This document shows, piece after piece, positions 10,915 through 24,890 of a DNA stretch of 64,000 bases (its first letter is position 1; each line of letters opens with the position of its first letter). Made by a program: the position numbers and the translations under genes. This DNA is from Thalia democratica (lineage: Eukaryota). Location of the stretch: assembly GCA_965202585.1 (NCBI GenBank), contig OZ241828.1, positions 45,384,001 through 45,448,000 of the forward strand, read 5' to 3'. A model generated the notes under the pieces. That model saw only the letters and a program-made list of their open reading frames with translations. It did no database searches and was not told the origin of the DNA.

Positions 10915-11151
10915 GGTTTGATCTTACCACTTTGATCATCAGACCACATGCTTTTGGTAGACTGAAACCCGGGTTTTGTTTTTATTGAAAATCCTAGTCA
11001 GTTGCAATCATGGTAAAACAGGGTAAACTGTTTTTAGATTGAAGACTGCAAGTTTTTTGATAATGACTGTGTGACGAGTTTCAATAAAAACAAAACACGG
11101 GTCTTCTACTGAACGCTTGTGATCTGATGATCGAAGTTGTATGATCAAACC
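10915..11151. mobile_element. MITE-like element with imperfect ~90-bp inverted arms
   Basis: GGTTTGATC..CACTTTGATCATCAGACCACATGC...GGGTTTTGTTTTTATTGAAA vs TTTCAATAAAAACAAAACACGGG...GCTTGTGATCTGATGATCGAAGTTGTATGATCAAACC. No TSD seen. Confidence 0.6.
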
Positions 11152-14100
11152 ATTAAGTACAATTGAAATAATTTTATAGACACTTCACTTAATAAAGAGT
11201 TGAACACAATAGTTGTAAAGTATAAATGAATGTACAGTAGATAATAGCTGCAGACTACTTAAAGCCACTTAACTTATAAAGCCTCTAAACATATCTGTCT
11301 TTTTTTTATTGGTAGAAAAATTTTAAAGTATGGTTATTAAAATTAAATTTCAATTATCTAATTTAATACCGGAACTAAAATTTTAATTTGATTATCGATT
11401 ATTGCTAAGAGTTCAATTGCTATGCAATTAGTGTTTAAAAGAACGTAAAGAGCTCTAGACGTTTTGTTATAAAATTCAAACAACGAGGTTTTAACATTGG
11501 ACAATATTTAGTGTAAAACTTTTTATTAAACTAAATTACAAACAATAAAATATGCCTACAGTGTCCATAATTTAGTTTAGTAAAATTTAAGTTTAAAAGT
11601 TAAAAACAACTTAATAATCATCATATGTACTACTGTAGAAAAGTTTTTGTGATTTTCGATATACAATTTGCAGTACAAAATATATAAGTTTAGTTTAATC
11701 ATTTTAGTTTTTACTTTAAGTTTTGGTTTTTACAAACGTTTTTGAAATAAAACTATATTTCTGTACAAAGTCATAAAAATAATTAAAATGATTTACTGAG
11801 TAAACAATTTGAAAATGTAAGTTTAAAATTTAATGACGTAAAATTATAAGATTCTAACAAATACAAAACTTTATACATGTTAAAAACTCAAATATAAAAC
11901 ATAAATTATGATTATATTCTACTTTTTTAAATAATTAGGATTTTCGTTAGCAGTTAATAGTTTTATGATGACCATAAAAAACAAATGTTTTAGGACATTA
12001 ACTAAAATTTTGAAAAAGCCTATTACTTCCCTGCCACTGCATGTATATAATTGATATTATCTAATAATTGCTCAATGCCTAACAAATGTTAAACATCTTG
12101 TCTTCTAGTTAGAGTAGAAACTTTATCGTTTAGATAATTTGATAAGTTTTATATTGTCATTATTTTTTTATTTTGACAGGATTATTCGTAAGTAAAAAAT
12201 TATAGATATGTTTCATAAATATTTTTTAAGATAAACTTTTTTTATTGTAATCGCAAAACTGCAAAAATTAGTATCTCTAAATTATCTTTATTTAATTGAA
12301 AAGCTTTTGTATCTTTAATAAATTTCTATTGTAATAATCCCCTAAACATATAATTTAGTTAAAGTATCTTTAGATCATAAATTAGAAATAGCTGAAAAAC
12401 ATAAAAACTTAATATTACTCGAGTAATAAAATAGCAATTAAGTGTTTTTTAATCGTTTGATTTTATTCATATATGATCAATTAAAATTTGTTTTATGTAT
12501 AACTTTAATTATTTGTTTCATTGAAAGCGGTAATTGTTATTTATCACAGCTAATCGATATTACGATATATATCGATTTTTGACAACGTGTCAAGTTCAAA
12601 ACCATATTGGTAAACAATTCAATATTAACAATAAAACTTTGTTATAAAAGTATTTTGATATAAAGCTTATTTATTTGATAATAACGTAGTACTTTTATTC
12701 TAAACTGCATATATCAAATCTTAAAACAAGTTGTTATTACTTTACTAAACATAATTTTTTTTTCAGATCAGTAGTTCTTAATACTGGAAAATTTAGAAAA
12801 AAAAAAAATATTTAGTCAAAAATAATTAACAAAAACTGATTTAGGAAAACTTCCCTGCCACTGAATATAACACATTAGTTAGATGTAATAAAAACGTACA
12901 TACTTTTTCACCATTATCAAGCAATATAAAAATTAAGAAAAAGCCAATGTGATAGACTGTAGATTGACCCTTGCTTAATCTAAACTAAGAAATGTTTAAA
13001 ATATTATAGCTAGTAATAAAAACTATAGAAATGGTTGTATAAATTTTTTTTAACTATTTAATTTTAGTTGTAGATATCGAAATTGGTCGACACTTTTCGG
13101 GTAATGTTTTTATTTTTACATACTCCAGCTTCTGCTACATTCAACCAATAAAAACTGGTGCCAATACTTTTTAGATTATTAGAAAAACTTGCAGTACTTA
13201 ATACTTTGTAAAGTAATGTTTTCCATATTAGTAAAACGAGTATTTTTTTCTTAACTATATTGATCGAAAAAAAAATATCTGAGCAATTACTAGTGAAAGC
13301 AACTGTCTTCCTTTTGTCTAGTGTGCGTCACTTTCTAAAAAGCAATATTTAAAAAAAAAAAATCTCGCATTTCAATATGCAGCTTATATATGCATATTAA
13401 GCTTAATAAAACAAAAAAACATTTTTGAGTATAATCTAAAACTATTAAGTAGTATAAAATAATTTTAAAAGTTTAAGAAACTTGTTTATAATTTCTATAA
13501 TCTTTTTTTTTTTAATTTGATATTCACCAGATTTCAGTTTTAAATTTAACAACCAATCAGGTGCATTAATTTTTTTTTTTGAAGCAAGCCGTCTATTGGT
13601 GATATATTTAATTTTTATCCAAAATTCAAATACTAATTTTGTAGAACTTCAAAGTTAAAATGTAAATATAAAACTTTTAAAATGCTCATACAGATGCGAC
13701 TAACAAAAATATAATGGTAAAAGGTAAATCTTAAAAAATCTTTTTAAATACATATATCTATTAACTACTAAAATTTACTATCTTTTTTAAGTTTATTAGC
13801 CACATGTAAAAAACATAATTTTACCAGAAATAAAAATTGCACACATAAGTCTAATTTATAAGATTTTAAAAATGTTATTAAATGATTAATTATAACTTAC
13901 AACTTTTATAATTTTAACAATCGGAATTTGAATACTTGTGCTCTCGTGTAATATAACAGAACTTAACATATTATTTTAAAATGGAATTAGTTTGTTACAG
14001 AATTAAATTTATATTTAACTGAAGCTGCATTAGGTAAAAAATGTTCTTCTTTTTGAATAAAATTTATAAAAAATATTTGAAATCCAAAGTATAAACTTAA

Positions 14101-16344
14101 TTAGTCGTTTATAATAAATCAACTAATAAATCAAGTATTCTAGTGTCGTAAAAATTCTAATGTCACTTAATCTTCTTAAATATCTTTAAAATAAAAATGT
14201 TTGTTATTACTTAAAAAAATATAAGTTTTATCTGTTGATAACAAAACTGTTGAAATAGAGCTATTTAAAAAAAAAATAAAGTATTCTATTTAAATTAAAG
14301 TAATTAAACATCACTACGTAAAGCACTACAGTAGATTTTTTAAAGATCTTTAATCAAAAAAAACTATTTTTTTACCTAAAGTTTAAGTCCTACAAAACAA
14401 AAAGTTAAAATATAACATTGTAAAAAGTAATTTTAATACTTTAACTTGTTGTTTCAAAATATTTAAGGCTTAAATTAGTTTTTTAGTTTAACTTGTACTA
14501 AAACACAAAGTATAGACATCTAAAAATTTATAAAAAACTTTAATGTTTTATATAATTTTTTTTATTTACAACAACTTAGCTTTCACAAGGCGACATTGAG
14601 ACTTTTCAATTCACAAATAGTGTGACAAATTTTAAAAATAGAACTTAAAAATGGTTTTTGAATTTTAGACGACGCTACACATGTACATCTTTAACTTTGT
14701 ACTTAATTTTTTTTTCTACGAGTTATTATTGGAAAAGTAGATTTTTTTTACCAAGTACCATTTAATATTGCAACAAAATACTTAAAATTAACTAAGTCTT
14801 GTTTCCTTAAATGTTTAAAACTTAAATTTAATCTGTTTTTCAGCAAATAATTGAATTCTTATGAATTTTATATGAAAAAAAAAATTGTAAAAAAACGCAT
14901 GATTGAAAATTTAAACTCTGCTAGAACTTGTTTTAACTCTTAAAAAATTAAATAAAGCTGCGAAGTTTAAAAACTATGCTTAAAATAAAAAAAGATCATA
15001 TAAAACTATTAGATTTTAAAAATTTCAATAAACATCTAAGTCTAAAATTTAACTGTAGTTAAAATAACAATGTAAACGATTAAATGAACACTCAAGTAAC
15101 AGTAAAATAAATATTACTAATAATTTATGCATATTAAATTTTGTTTTGATTGAGGTTGGAGTTTTAGTGAGCTACTTTTTGACTTGTATAATTATATAAT
15201 TCAAAAAACTAAGCTTTAAGAATCCGATAATTGTAAAATAAAGTATAAATCCATAAAAATATATACTTACTTTATAACTTATACAGTACTGGTTTGATTG
15301 ATAAAAATTACTCTACTAAAATATTATTCTAAACTTTATTTTTCTTTCATATTCATTAATTACCTTTGTTTAATTGATTTCTATACGATACGTTATAACT
15401 TATGTTTACTTTTTGAGTAGGAATTACTAATTTAGTCATTCGAATACAGAAAAATTTATCAAAAAACATTTTATGTTAAACAACACTTAAACAATATTTT
15501 AAAAATATTTTATTACTTACAAGTTTGTTTTAGCTCAGAAGTTGACAGCCTTTTATAAGTAACAGACATATTATTTGTATATAAGTTGCCTACAGGTTTA
15601 AGTGTACAGATAAAAGTGCACCGTATTAATAAAAATAGTTGTAGTATCGACAAAAAACTGCTTTAAACTAAAATTTTATTTAGTAAGTCACAGTCAATGA
15701 CTAATATTCACTAACTTTTAAAATAAGAGCATAAAAGTATGTTTATTTTACCACATAAACTTTATTTAATCAAAAAATAGTACCTTTTTAGCCAATAAAA
15801 AAATCGGAGGCCGTAGTTTTTTGCTTTATGGGACTTAGTTTTCTGACTCTTGTTCTAGCTAACAGTTAAATGAAACTTTATAAAAAATTTCTTGTTTGTT
15901 GATTTTTTATTCAATTAATTTTGTTATAGATTATAGAGTAAAGTTAGAAAACATACAGCCAGATACTATTTTTTTAACTATAAAATTTTGTACTAAACAA
16001 ATTAAACTGTACTAAACATTTTATAGTGAACAAGTATACAAAAAATGTTTGAACAAAAATTTCAAATTTAATAAAAATTAATATGTGAGTAAACTTAGGT
16101 GTTACTATAGTTTAGTGCTTATAAAAAACGACAAACTCTTTTTAGAACTTAGTAGAATTGTACAAATGTAATGCAAGTCATAAGACTTGTGTTTACTAAA
16201 ATTAAAAAAGAAATTAAAAAACAAATATAATAATTGTTGTGTCATGAAAAGAAGTAAAATTGCTAAAAATCAATCAATAAACATGCTATTATAGATCTAC
16301 TTAACAAAAAAATATGCTAATAGTTACACTCTCAGGTTTGACCT

Positions 16345-16418
16345 GTAGTAATTTCGCATCTAAGTCAATTCTTACCCGATTAATCCCTACCTGAATCAAT
16401 AAGAACCCGAAGTAATTC
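16345..16418 (+). repeat. Left part of a decayed ~20-bp AATTCCCACCCGA-type tandem array (continues at 21228-21395)
   Basis: Same periodic motif on both sides of the inserted elements; removing them restores a continuous array. Confidence 0.55.
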
Positions 16419-16815
16419 GGTTACATGACAATTCAAATTCGGACAACTCAAATTCCGACAATTCAAATTCTTAAAAAAATATTAAAAAGACTGTATCTCA
16501 ATAAGTAATATTAACTTGAAAAAAATAAAAAATACACATGTAGATGTTATTAATATCTACAAGTCCTTTTTTTCAAAATCTAAAATACTTTTCACCATGT
16601 TTTAAAATTACTAAAAATAACTATGTTTTTTACTTTATTTAAGCCATATCTCAAAAAATATTTAATGTTTGCAACAAGAAAAAGTGGCTTGTAGATATAA
16701 ATATGACCTACAAATGTATTTTTTATATTTGATAAATATATATTACTTTTTTATTTGTGGTTGTTGCAATTTTTTTTAATAACTATAATAATCGGAATTT
16801 GAATAGTCGTGCACC
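16419..16815. mobile_element. MITE with ~24-bp TIRs and probable 9-bp TSD (Mutator-like)
   Basis: GGTTACATGACAATTCAAATTCGGA ... TCGGAATTTGAATAGTCGTGCACC; flanks AAGTAATTC (16410-16418) and AAATAATTC (16816-16824), 8/9 match. A solo right end occurs at ~13920. Confidence 0.55.
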
Positions 16816-16839
16816 AAATAATTCATGGGAGCGGGTCAG

Positions 16840-17420
16840 AATGACACAGCGACAGAATGGCACGGTCGTCAAATAGACACGGTGCGTCACTTTGGCACAG
16901 CGACAAAATGACACGGTGCGTCACTTTGGCACAGCGACAAAATGACACGGTGGGTCACTCTGGCACGGTGCGTCACTTTAGCACAGAGAGTCACTTTGGC
17001 ACAGCGACAAGACGGCACGGTGCGTCACTTTGGCACAGCGACAAGATGGCACGGTGCGTCACTTTGGCACGGAGGGTCACTTTGGCACAACGACAAAACG
17101 ACACGGTGCGTCACTTTGGCACGGAGGGTCACTTTGGCACAACGACAAAACGACACGGTGCGTCACTTTGGCACGGAGGGTCACTTCGGCACAACGACAA
17201 AACGACACGGTGCGTCACTTTGGCACGGAGGGTCACTTTGGCACAGCGACAAAACGACACGGTGCGTCACTTTGGCACGGAGGGTCACTTTGGCACAGCG
17301 ACAAAACAACACGGTGCGTCACTTTGGCACGGAGGGTCACTTTGGCACAGCGACAAAACGACACGGTGCGTCACTTTGGCACGGAGGGTCACTTTAGCAC
17401 AGCGACAAAATGACACGGTG
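16840..17420 (+). repeat. Left TIR array of 34-bp and 18-bp subunits
   Basis: CACGGTGCGTCACTTTGGCACAGCGACAAAATGA (34 bp) interleaved with GTCACTTTGGCACGGAGG (18 bp). Confidence 0.9.
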
Positions 17421-18795
17421 GTTAATAAGGGAGGGAACGATTTGTTGTGAAACTTCAATCTTCATTTGTATGGACAACAATCTTATTTTTCTAGGAAACT
17501 TTTCGGTTTCCTGTCTTCTAACCGGTTTTGTAGAATTAGCAAAAATCACATTGAATAACTTTAAAAACAAAGACCGAAGGAATTTTTGATTGTTACTCTA
17601 TAAAATAAAGTGAAACACGTAATGTTTATACCTTCTATTGTCCATCGTCGTACTTATAAACAACATACTCATTTTTAAGCAGTAGCAAGGTGTAAGGTGT
17701 GCTTAATAAACGACAAATAATTATTTGTATCAAACAACGTTCACAAAAATGCAAAAGCAGCATTTTTTTTAACAAAATACGACTGCCAAAATTAAAGGGA
17801 ATCTATTTGTGATTTCTTTCGAATGGAAAAACTTAAACACAATTTTGTACTAAAACTTGAAACGAGTAATAAAAATCAGAAAATGACTTGCCATTTTACG
17901 ACTAGAAAGATAAAAACTCATATAAACATATTTCTTAAATTTCAGCAACATTCTAATTTAAAAAAACACAACCTACATTTAAGATCAATCATTCAGCACA
18001 TCAAAACAATAAACTAGTAGATGTAAACACAGAGGAAAATTAGTTTTATAAACTAAAACTCAGACGTTATCGAAAACAACTTTTTTGTTGTTGTATTTCT
18101 AAATTCTAATGCGGTTATTATTTTACGTTTTTATGCTTAAAAAAAGTGTTACTTGCGCTCTTTTGGCGACTTAATAGGTTGCAATTTTGAACTAAAATAC
18201 TGCGTTCCCTGACGATTTACGTTAGTAGCAACATCTTCAAAAATTTATTGTGCACTTGACTTAAAAGATCGAAATTTTGCGCCTCTATGCGACTTATGTT
18301 AGTTGTAACATATATCGTGCACTTAGAAGTAGAAATATAATGCTCTTTCGCAAATAAAATTGTGCACCTAAACACTAAAAATGCATAGATAAAAGTATAA
18401 GTACAAATAATCGCAAATAAATTAGTTTTTTTAGCAAAACATTCCCTACATCAAGCATCTCTTTAAATAAAACTCAATAAACCACAACTACACACTTGTA
18501 ATACAATTGTAGACTTGCTTTAACAAAATACAATTTTTCTTACTATTATAATGCTAAAGCTAATAGTATATATGCTATTTATTTCCTTATATGCAATGAA
18601 ATACTATAATATCTGTCATACTCTAAGTTTAATTGTTTATATTTTAGGCAACAAAGTTTTGTATAAATAAAAAAGACTTAAAGTATTAACTTTAATAGAA
18701 TTAATTAAATTGACGATAAACTTGACATTTAATACACTATTTTTAAGAACAACTAATTTTGATTTATTAGGACTCAAGTTTTATAACCTCTAGTG

Positions 18796-19875
18796 TAGGG
18801 GTGGGCAACGTACGGCCCGCGACCGTTTTTTAAACTTTAATGGGATCTGGCCCGCGATAAAAGTGACAGGCCTGCAAAGGATCAATATTACAAAATAATT
18901 ATAAAACTTTGTATCATATTGTTACAAAACAAACCTGTAAGAATTTGACGTTAAAACATGCTAAAAAACGTCTTTATAAATTAATGTGTACTTATAAGGG
19001 GAACCGTTCAGTTTCAACCCGCGCACAATTCCCACCCGATCAATTTCCATTCAAATAAAATCCCACCCGATCATTTCCCACCCGCACAATTCCCACCCGC
19101 ACAACTCCCACCCGAATAAAATTCCAACCGATCAAATCCAACCAGAATCAAATCCCACCCGATAAAGTCCCACCCGAGCATTAACCATCCAAATCAAATC
19201 CCACCCGATCATTTCCCACCCGAAACAGTTCCCATCCACATAATTTCTACTCGGTCAATTCCCACTATATTATCAAAAAAATGTTAATACGTTTGAAACT
19301 CACATTAAAATTTTAGTTTTTGTATTTTAAAAATGAAATTAGTAAGGTAAAAACAATTTTTTTATTTAAGCTAAAATTATTACTGTTGCTTATTTTATCA
19401 TGTTTTTAGTTTAATTTCAGTTTTGTTTGTTGATAACTACGATATTTAAATAATTACGACTTGTTACTTGTAAAATGCTATCATTGTTACTAAAGTTTAA
19501 TCGATATTTTACATACGTACCTTTGTCAGTTACAATGTCACTTCTATTTAAAGACATTATTTAAACATCTGAAATGTCTCAATCTACATCTTAAGTTGTC
19601 AGATATGAGAAAGTTTTGTGAATTTCAAAAGGGGTTCAAAAAAGTGATTACCTGTATCCATAAAATTAGACTTCGGTTCGATCCAGAACTTTTGATTAAA
19701 TTAGAACCCGACCGGATCCGGATCTCGACTTAAAATTAGCATCCAGTCGGATTCGAATCTAAAAAGTCATTATTCGGCTAGATCCGGTGAATCACTAATT
19801 CGAAACGCTCCGGCCCGCAAAAGACTAAATTTTTCCGGATCCGGCCCATTGATTTAAAAACGTTGCCCACCCCTA
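18796..19875. mobile_element. Non-autonomous hAT (Charlie-like) element nested in the foldback element
   Basis: TIRs TAGGGGTGGGCAACG / CGTTGCCCACCCCTA with exact 8-bp TSD CTCTAGTG (18788-18795, 19876-19883). Confidence 0.9.
19010..19265 (+). repeat. ~19-20-bp imperfect tandem array (AATTCCCACCCGA) inside the hAT element
   Basis: About 12 recognisable copies, e.g. CACAATTCCCACCCGATC, AAATCCCACCCGATC. Confidence 0.8.
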
Positions 19876-20746
19876 CTCTAGTGCTTAATTTTCTTAAAAG
19901 TGATAAATATATAAATGCGCATGAATGGTTGTACCAGACTTTTAACTTTCTCTCAACTAATAATAATACTATTTTTAATTTTTTATAAATTTAGGCTCCA
20001 GGACCGTTTATTTTAATTATTTGCTTTTAGACAAGTTTATTATACATTTTCAATACAGAGTTTTAAGTAAACATCCTAACTTATTAACTTTTGTTGAATA
20101 TTTTGTTGTATGTTTTTGGAAATTTAGGACTTAACATTAAAAAAAACTATTTTTAACTGCTCGTAATAGATTGTTTAAGCATGTGATTTACGACTCAATA
20201 ACTGAAATGTTCTTTGGTATAACTTTTCGAGCGATAACCTTTTGTCGTTTAAAAAACAGTAATAAAAAACTTTTATGTTTAAACAAACTACTAGGTTAAA
20301 TAATTAAACATATTTAATATAACTGGCTAGTTACTACAAAAGCAGCTTAACTCTGTATTTTTAAAAACTAGAGTTAAAACACGCATGAATTATTCTTACA
20401 ACGAAATAACTCTATGTTAAATTAAATCTTAGTTATTTTTTATAACAATTCCTGATAATAATTAATTAAACGTTTGACAAAAAGTACTAAATTTTATTCA
20501 TTACATAAATATGAAAAGTCGTGAAACGTAAAAAATAAAACTTGAGAATATTTTAGTTTTTATACTATGACTTAAATTTTAAAGCATTGTATCAGATATA
20601 GTTTCAAATGTATCAAGCTACTATAGTTTGGAAAAAATATAATAAATCTTTTATTTAACTAATTACTATCAAAATTTTACAATTAAAAGTTGTATTACTG
20701 AAGAAGTTTAGTTTTGCTTATAAGTTTGTTAATCCATGCTATAGTG

Positions 20747-21205
20747 ACACACCGTGTCATTTTGTCGCTGTGCCAAAGTGACGTATCGTGTCATTTTGTC
20801 GCTGTGCCAAAGTGACGCACCGTGTCATTTTGTCGCTGTGCCAAAGTGACGTATCGTGTCATTTTGTCGCTGTGCCAAAGTGACGCACCGTGTCGTTTTG
20901 TCGCTGTGCCAAAGTGACGCACCGTGTCATTTTGTCGCTGTGCCAAAGTGACCCTCCGTGCCAAAGTGACGCACCGTGTCGTTTTGTCACTGTGCCAAAG
21001 CGACACACCGTGCCATTTTGTCGCTGTGCCAAAGTGACGCACCGTGTCATTTTGTCGCCGTGTCAAAGTGACCCTCTGTGCCAAAGTGACCCACCGTGCC
21101 AGAGTGACCCACCGTGTCATTTTGTCGCTGTGCCAAAGTGACGCACCGTGTCATTTTGTCGCCGTGCCAAAGTGACGCACCGTGTCATTTTGTCGCTGTG
21201 TCATT
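20747..21205 (-). repeat. Right TIR array, reverse complement of 16840-17420
   Basis: CACCGTGTCATTTTGTCGCTGTGCCAAAGTGACG units. Both arrays end internally at AAAATGACACGGTG. Confidence 0.9.
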
Positions 21206-21399
21206 CTGACACCCACCCATAATTCATACCCATTTAGTTCCCACTCGTATTAATTCCAATTCGATCAGTTCCGATTCGAGTCAATTTCTAACCGATCGAT
21301 TCCAACCTGAATTAATTTCCACTCAAACAATTTCCCACCCGACTAAATTCAACCCAAAACAATTCCTTGCTGATCGATTCCTACCCAAATTAATCGTAA

Positions 21400-24300
21400 A
21401 TTATGCAAGGGTTTTTACTTTTGCATGGGTTTACTTTTTGTACGAAGCGTCACTTTTACACTAGAACCCACTTTTGCATGGCATCGCTTTCGCATGTGTT
21501 GCAAACTTTTCACAGGTGATCTCCAGGTATGTCATTTTTTCACGAAAAGTCACTTTTGTACGTCATAATTTTTGCATGTTTAACCTTTGTGGAGCTGCAG
21601 GAAAACTAAATTAAAAAATTAATTAAATTAAAACAATTTGTAATTTTACCAACCTAAGTAAAAAAAAAGTTAATTTCAAACTATACTTAAAGTTATTTTA
21701 AACTAAATTAAATTATACTAAAATTAAAACTAACTGAAACTAAAAAAATACCTTAAAATAATACTTTATTGCTATTTGAAGTTTAAAAATAAAACACAAA
21801 TAAAATCGAATAGAATTTCTGTAAAATCATCAAAAAATTTAGCTCGATCTGGAGATTATATTTTCAAAGTTTACGTTTTGTACTTTCCGACTAACTTATT
21901 CTATTTTAATTTTGACATTCAGTTTGTCAACTAATAGGTCCGAATATCCACACTGTGCTATTCATAAAGTTTTTAGAAGAGACTGTGATGACCTTTTAAG
22001 GTAATCTAACTATTAAATATTTAATTTTCAAGGTGTTTTACAAAAAACATAATTTCAAAATCCTATAAATTATTTCAAATTAAAGTTTGCTACTTGTTAA
22101 AGTTTTTCAATAAGAATTAACTAAAAAATAGCTTTAAATTACTTTAAAATCGAAAATACAAAATAAAATACATTGATGCGGGACACGTTTAAAATCCACC
22201 AGCGATCAAAATCCACCCGATCAAAATCCAACAAGTCAAATTCGAGAACCGCTTACCGATCGAGGCTAAGGGTTAGGGGTAACAGTGATAGTGAACAATA
22301 TAAAAAATGAACAAAAAAATGCAAAAAAAATATATAATGAATTAACAAATAAAGAAAAAAAATCGAGTTGATTTTAAACGCGGGTGGATTTTGATAGTAT
22401 ACCATTGACGCATAAAAACAAAACTCAGAGTTTTGGACAATGATTTTAAATTATATTAAGTTTAATTGTACAAATATAAATAATTGCATTAAATATTTTG
22501 TAAAAACTTCTTAATTAACGAACTTATTTATTAAAATCTTCAACTCAATCAAGAATAAGATTAATGAAGTCCTCAGTTATAAAAAAATCTGAATATTAAA
22601 ATAAACATTTATGGAGACATTAAGGCTTAGCTTAAATTTATAAACTACACTTGAACAAATAACAGAAATCTCATAACAAAATATGATTTAAATATTTCAT
22701 AAAATACTCTTTTAAATAAAATCTTTCTTTTTTTTAAAGTATATTTCCAATAAATAAAACAACAGTTTGATAGTTTGTTTTAATTTGGACTTTTTGTTAG
22801 AAAATTAAAATAACCGAATATAAAATGATTCATTCTAAAAAATCGAAAAAACAAAAACACTCTTATAAAATTTTTAAAAAACACGATGTAATTCATTCGA
22901 AAAAGAAAACGAAGAAAATAATTACCTCTTTCTTTTTTAATTGAGACCGTATAAATAAAGTAATCTGGAATTGTCTAGATTTGTCGTGTTTCTACTCTAT
23001 GAGTATATAAACAAGGTATCAAACAACTAATCAGGTTTTATTCTCAACTTTAGAGAGGAACTCTTGACGCTAAAACTTCAACTCAATATTTAAAATTTCA
23101 ACGAAGAGCTTTAAAATTGAATTTGGGCTTCTACCTTTAGCCGATTCTAAACATCGGTTCGTGAATTACATTTTACGGACAATAGAAAAAATAACTCCAC
23201 TAAGAGTTGATATATTATTTTTATTGCACTTATACGATTGAAACACTTTGTAATCTTTTCTCCTCTTGCACCGATTAAGTCCTGAATTCAAAGTGACCAC
23301 GACACACCGAGGCTAATAAAAAAAATATCAAAACCATAAAGATCTTAAACAAGCTCCCGAAGTCTGCAGTGGATATGGACAACGTTTTCTAACATATAAT
23401 GACGTTAGTAAACTATAAATAACTATACAGATAAAACTGATAGAACACCTGAAAAAATTATAAAACATTTTATAATTTTTTTTTTTTTTTATTAATTTTT
23501 TGATCAAAGTACATTATTACGTTGCAAAAAAAAAGAAACGGGTTTTTCATTCATACAATGTCATATTAACTAAAGATGAATTAAAGTTTGTTTATAAAAG
23601 TGTATAAAAAAAAACTTTATCTGTTAGCATTAAAAAAGTTTATTTAACAGTCCTTGTAATAAATTAAGAATCTTAACAAACTATTTAATTCAGTCTTTTT
23701 TAGTGTAATAACTATAACACATACCAATAATTGCCTAAAAATCTTTAAGTTAAGCATCTATTTAAAAAAGAACCAGTACTTTTTTGTGTATCTCGAACCA
23801 TTTTTTTTATTGGAATTAGTTTGGTTTATAGCTAATTTAATAGTATAGTAGCCTTAGTTTACTTTATTTTGAATTTTTTTAAATTATTTATCACAGCTTA
23901 AAACATATGCTTAAATTTGTATTTTAAGGTTTTTAAAAGCATTACTAGGCTTTTTCTAAAAATATTAGTGCATGATACTTTTATAACAAAAAAATAACAT
24001 TTAGACTACAATTTAAAGGATTTCATTTCAACGTTTAACGTTTTACTGAAGTTGATAACTGTTTTCCACGAAACGTGTGTAAAAGCAGTTTTAAATAAAG
24101 TTTAAACAAATTGCTATTTTGATATATAATGTCTGTCAGGATTCGTGTGTAAATACTATATATTTTTTAATTGTAATGAAATTATGTTATTTAAACTAAA
24201 TTTGCCGTACAACTTAGAAGTTATTTGTTGTAGAACGTGTGTATTAACTTGTCTTCTAGTGTCTTTCAGTATTTTGTTTTACAAGTAATTCTGTATTAAC

Positions 24301-24890
24301 TTCAAAATGTTTCATACTGGAAATAAATTTCAATTAGCTTTAATAAGTATTTAGTTTTAGCTAGTTTTTGATCCATAATTGTTTAGGTTTATTTTATTGC
24401 ACGTTAAATTTAGTTAAACTGTTATCTTATTTTAGTTTCAAACTAACATAGTTTTATGATTAATTATAAATTAATTGATTTATTTATTTTATAACTAATT
24501 ATTAGCATACTTATAATTAATTAAATATTAAATACAACACGTATTATGGTTTTATGATTAATTTTAAACAAGCTTTATTTTAATTATAATATAGTTATAG
24601 TATAACTATAAAAAAGTTATATATATATTTAGATAATTTCCGTTAACTTATTTTTACCTTAGTTTAAGAAAAGTCAAATGTTTAATATGACGCTGTGTAA
24701 AACTGTTACTCGTGCAAAAGCTACGGATTAATTGCACCAGTGAAAAAGTGACGCCGTGCAAAAATATCGCTTCGTGCCAAAGCGCAGCCATAAAAAGTTT
24801 TGCTCGCGCAAAACTGAATCCGTGTAAAAGTAATGACTCGTGAAAAAATGGCACCTGTACAAAACTTATGTCGTGCAAAAGTGACTTAGA
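21400..24890. mobile_element. Possible older, decayed foldback element related to 16827-21218
   Basis: ~20-bp periodic GTCACTTTTG(C/T)ACG-like motifs at 21400-21590 and their reverse complements (CGTGCAAAAGTGAC) at 24690-24890. No TSD seen. Confidence 0.45.
22180..22410. mobile_element. Short MITE-like element
   Basis: ATCAAAATCCACCCG (22207-22221) inverted at CGGGTGGATTTTGAT (22381-22395), with repeated AAAATCCA subunits. Confidence 0.5.

Larger units (their letters stand above)
16827..21218. mobile_element. Non-autonomous Mutator/foldback-type transposon, 4.4 kb, with tandem-repeat TIRs
   Basis: Exact 9-bp TSD ATAATTCAT (16818-16826, 21219-21227). Termini GGGAGCGGGTCAGAATGACACAGCGAC / GTCGCTGTGTCATTCTGACACCCACCC. 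Inverted arrays at both ends. No transposase ORF found. Confidence 0.85.

Noticed and set aside
8700-16300. Short ORFs and possible genes in the AT-rich intergenic stretch
   Set aside because: Low-complexity Lys/Phe/Ile/Asn translations, with no splice-consistent exon chain or domain motif seen.
16857-17450. Overlapping ORFs in the 34/18-bp arrays (also 20791-21141)
   Set aside because: Translations simply mirror the DNA repeat in several frames; they are TIR arrays of a transposon.
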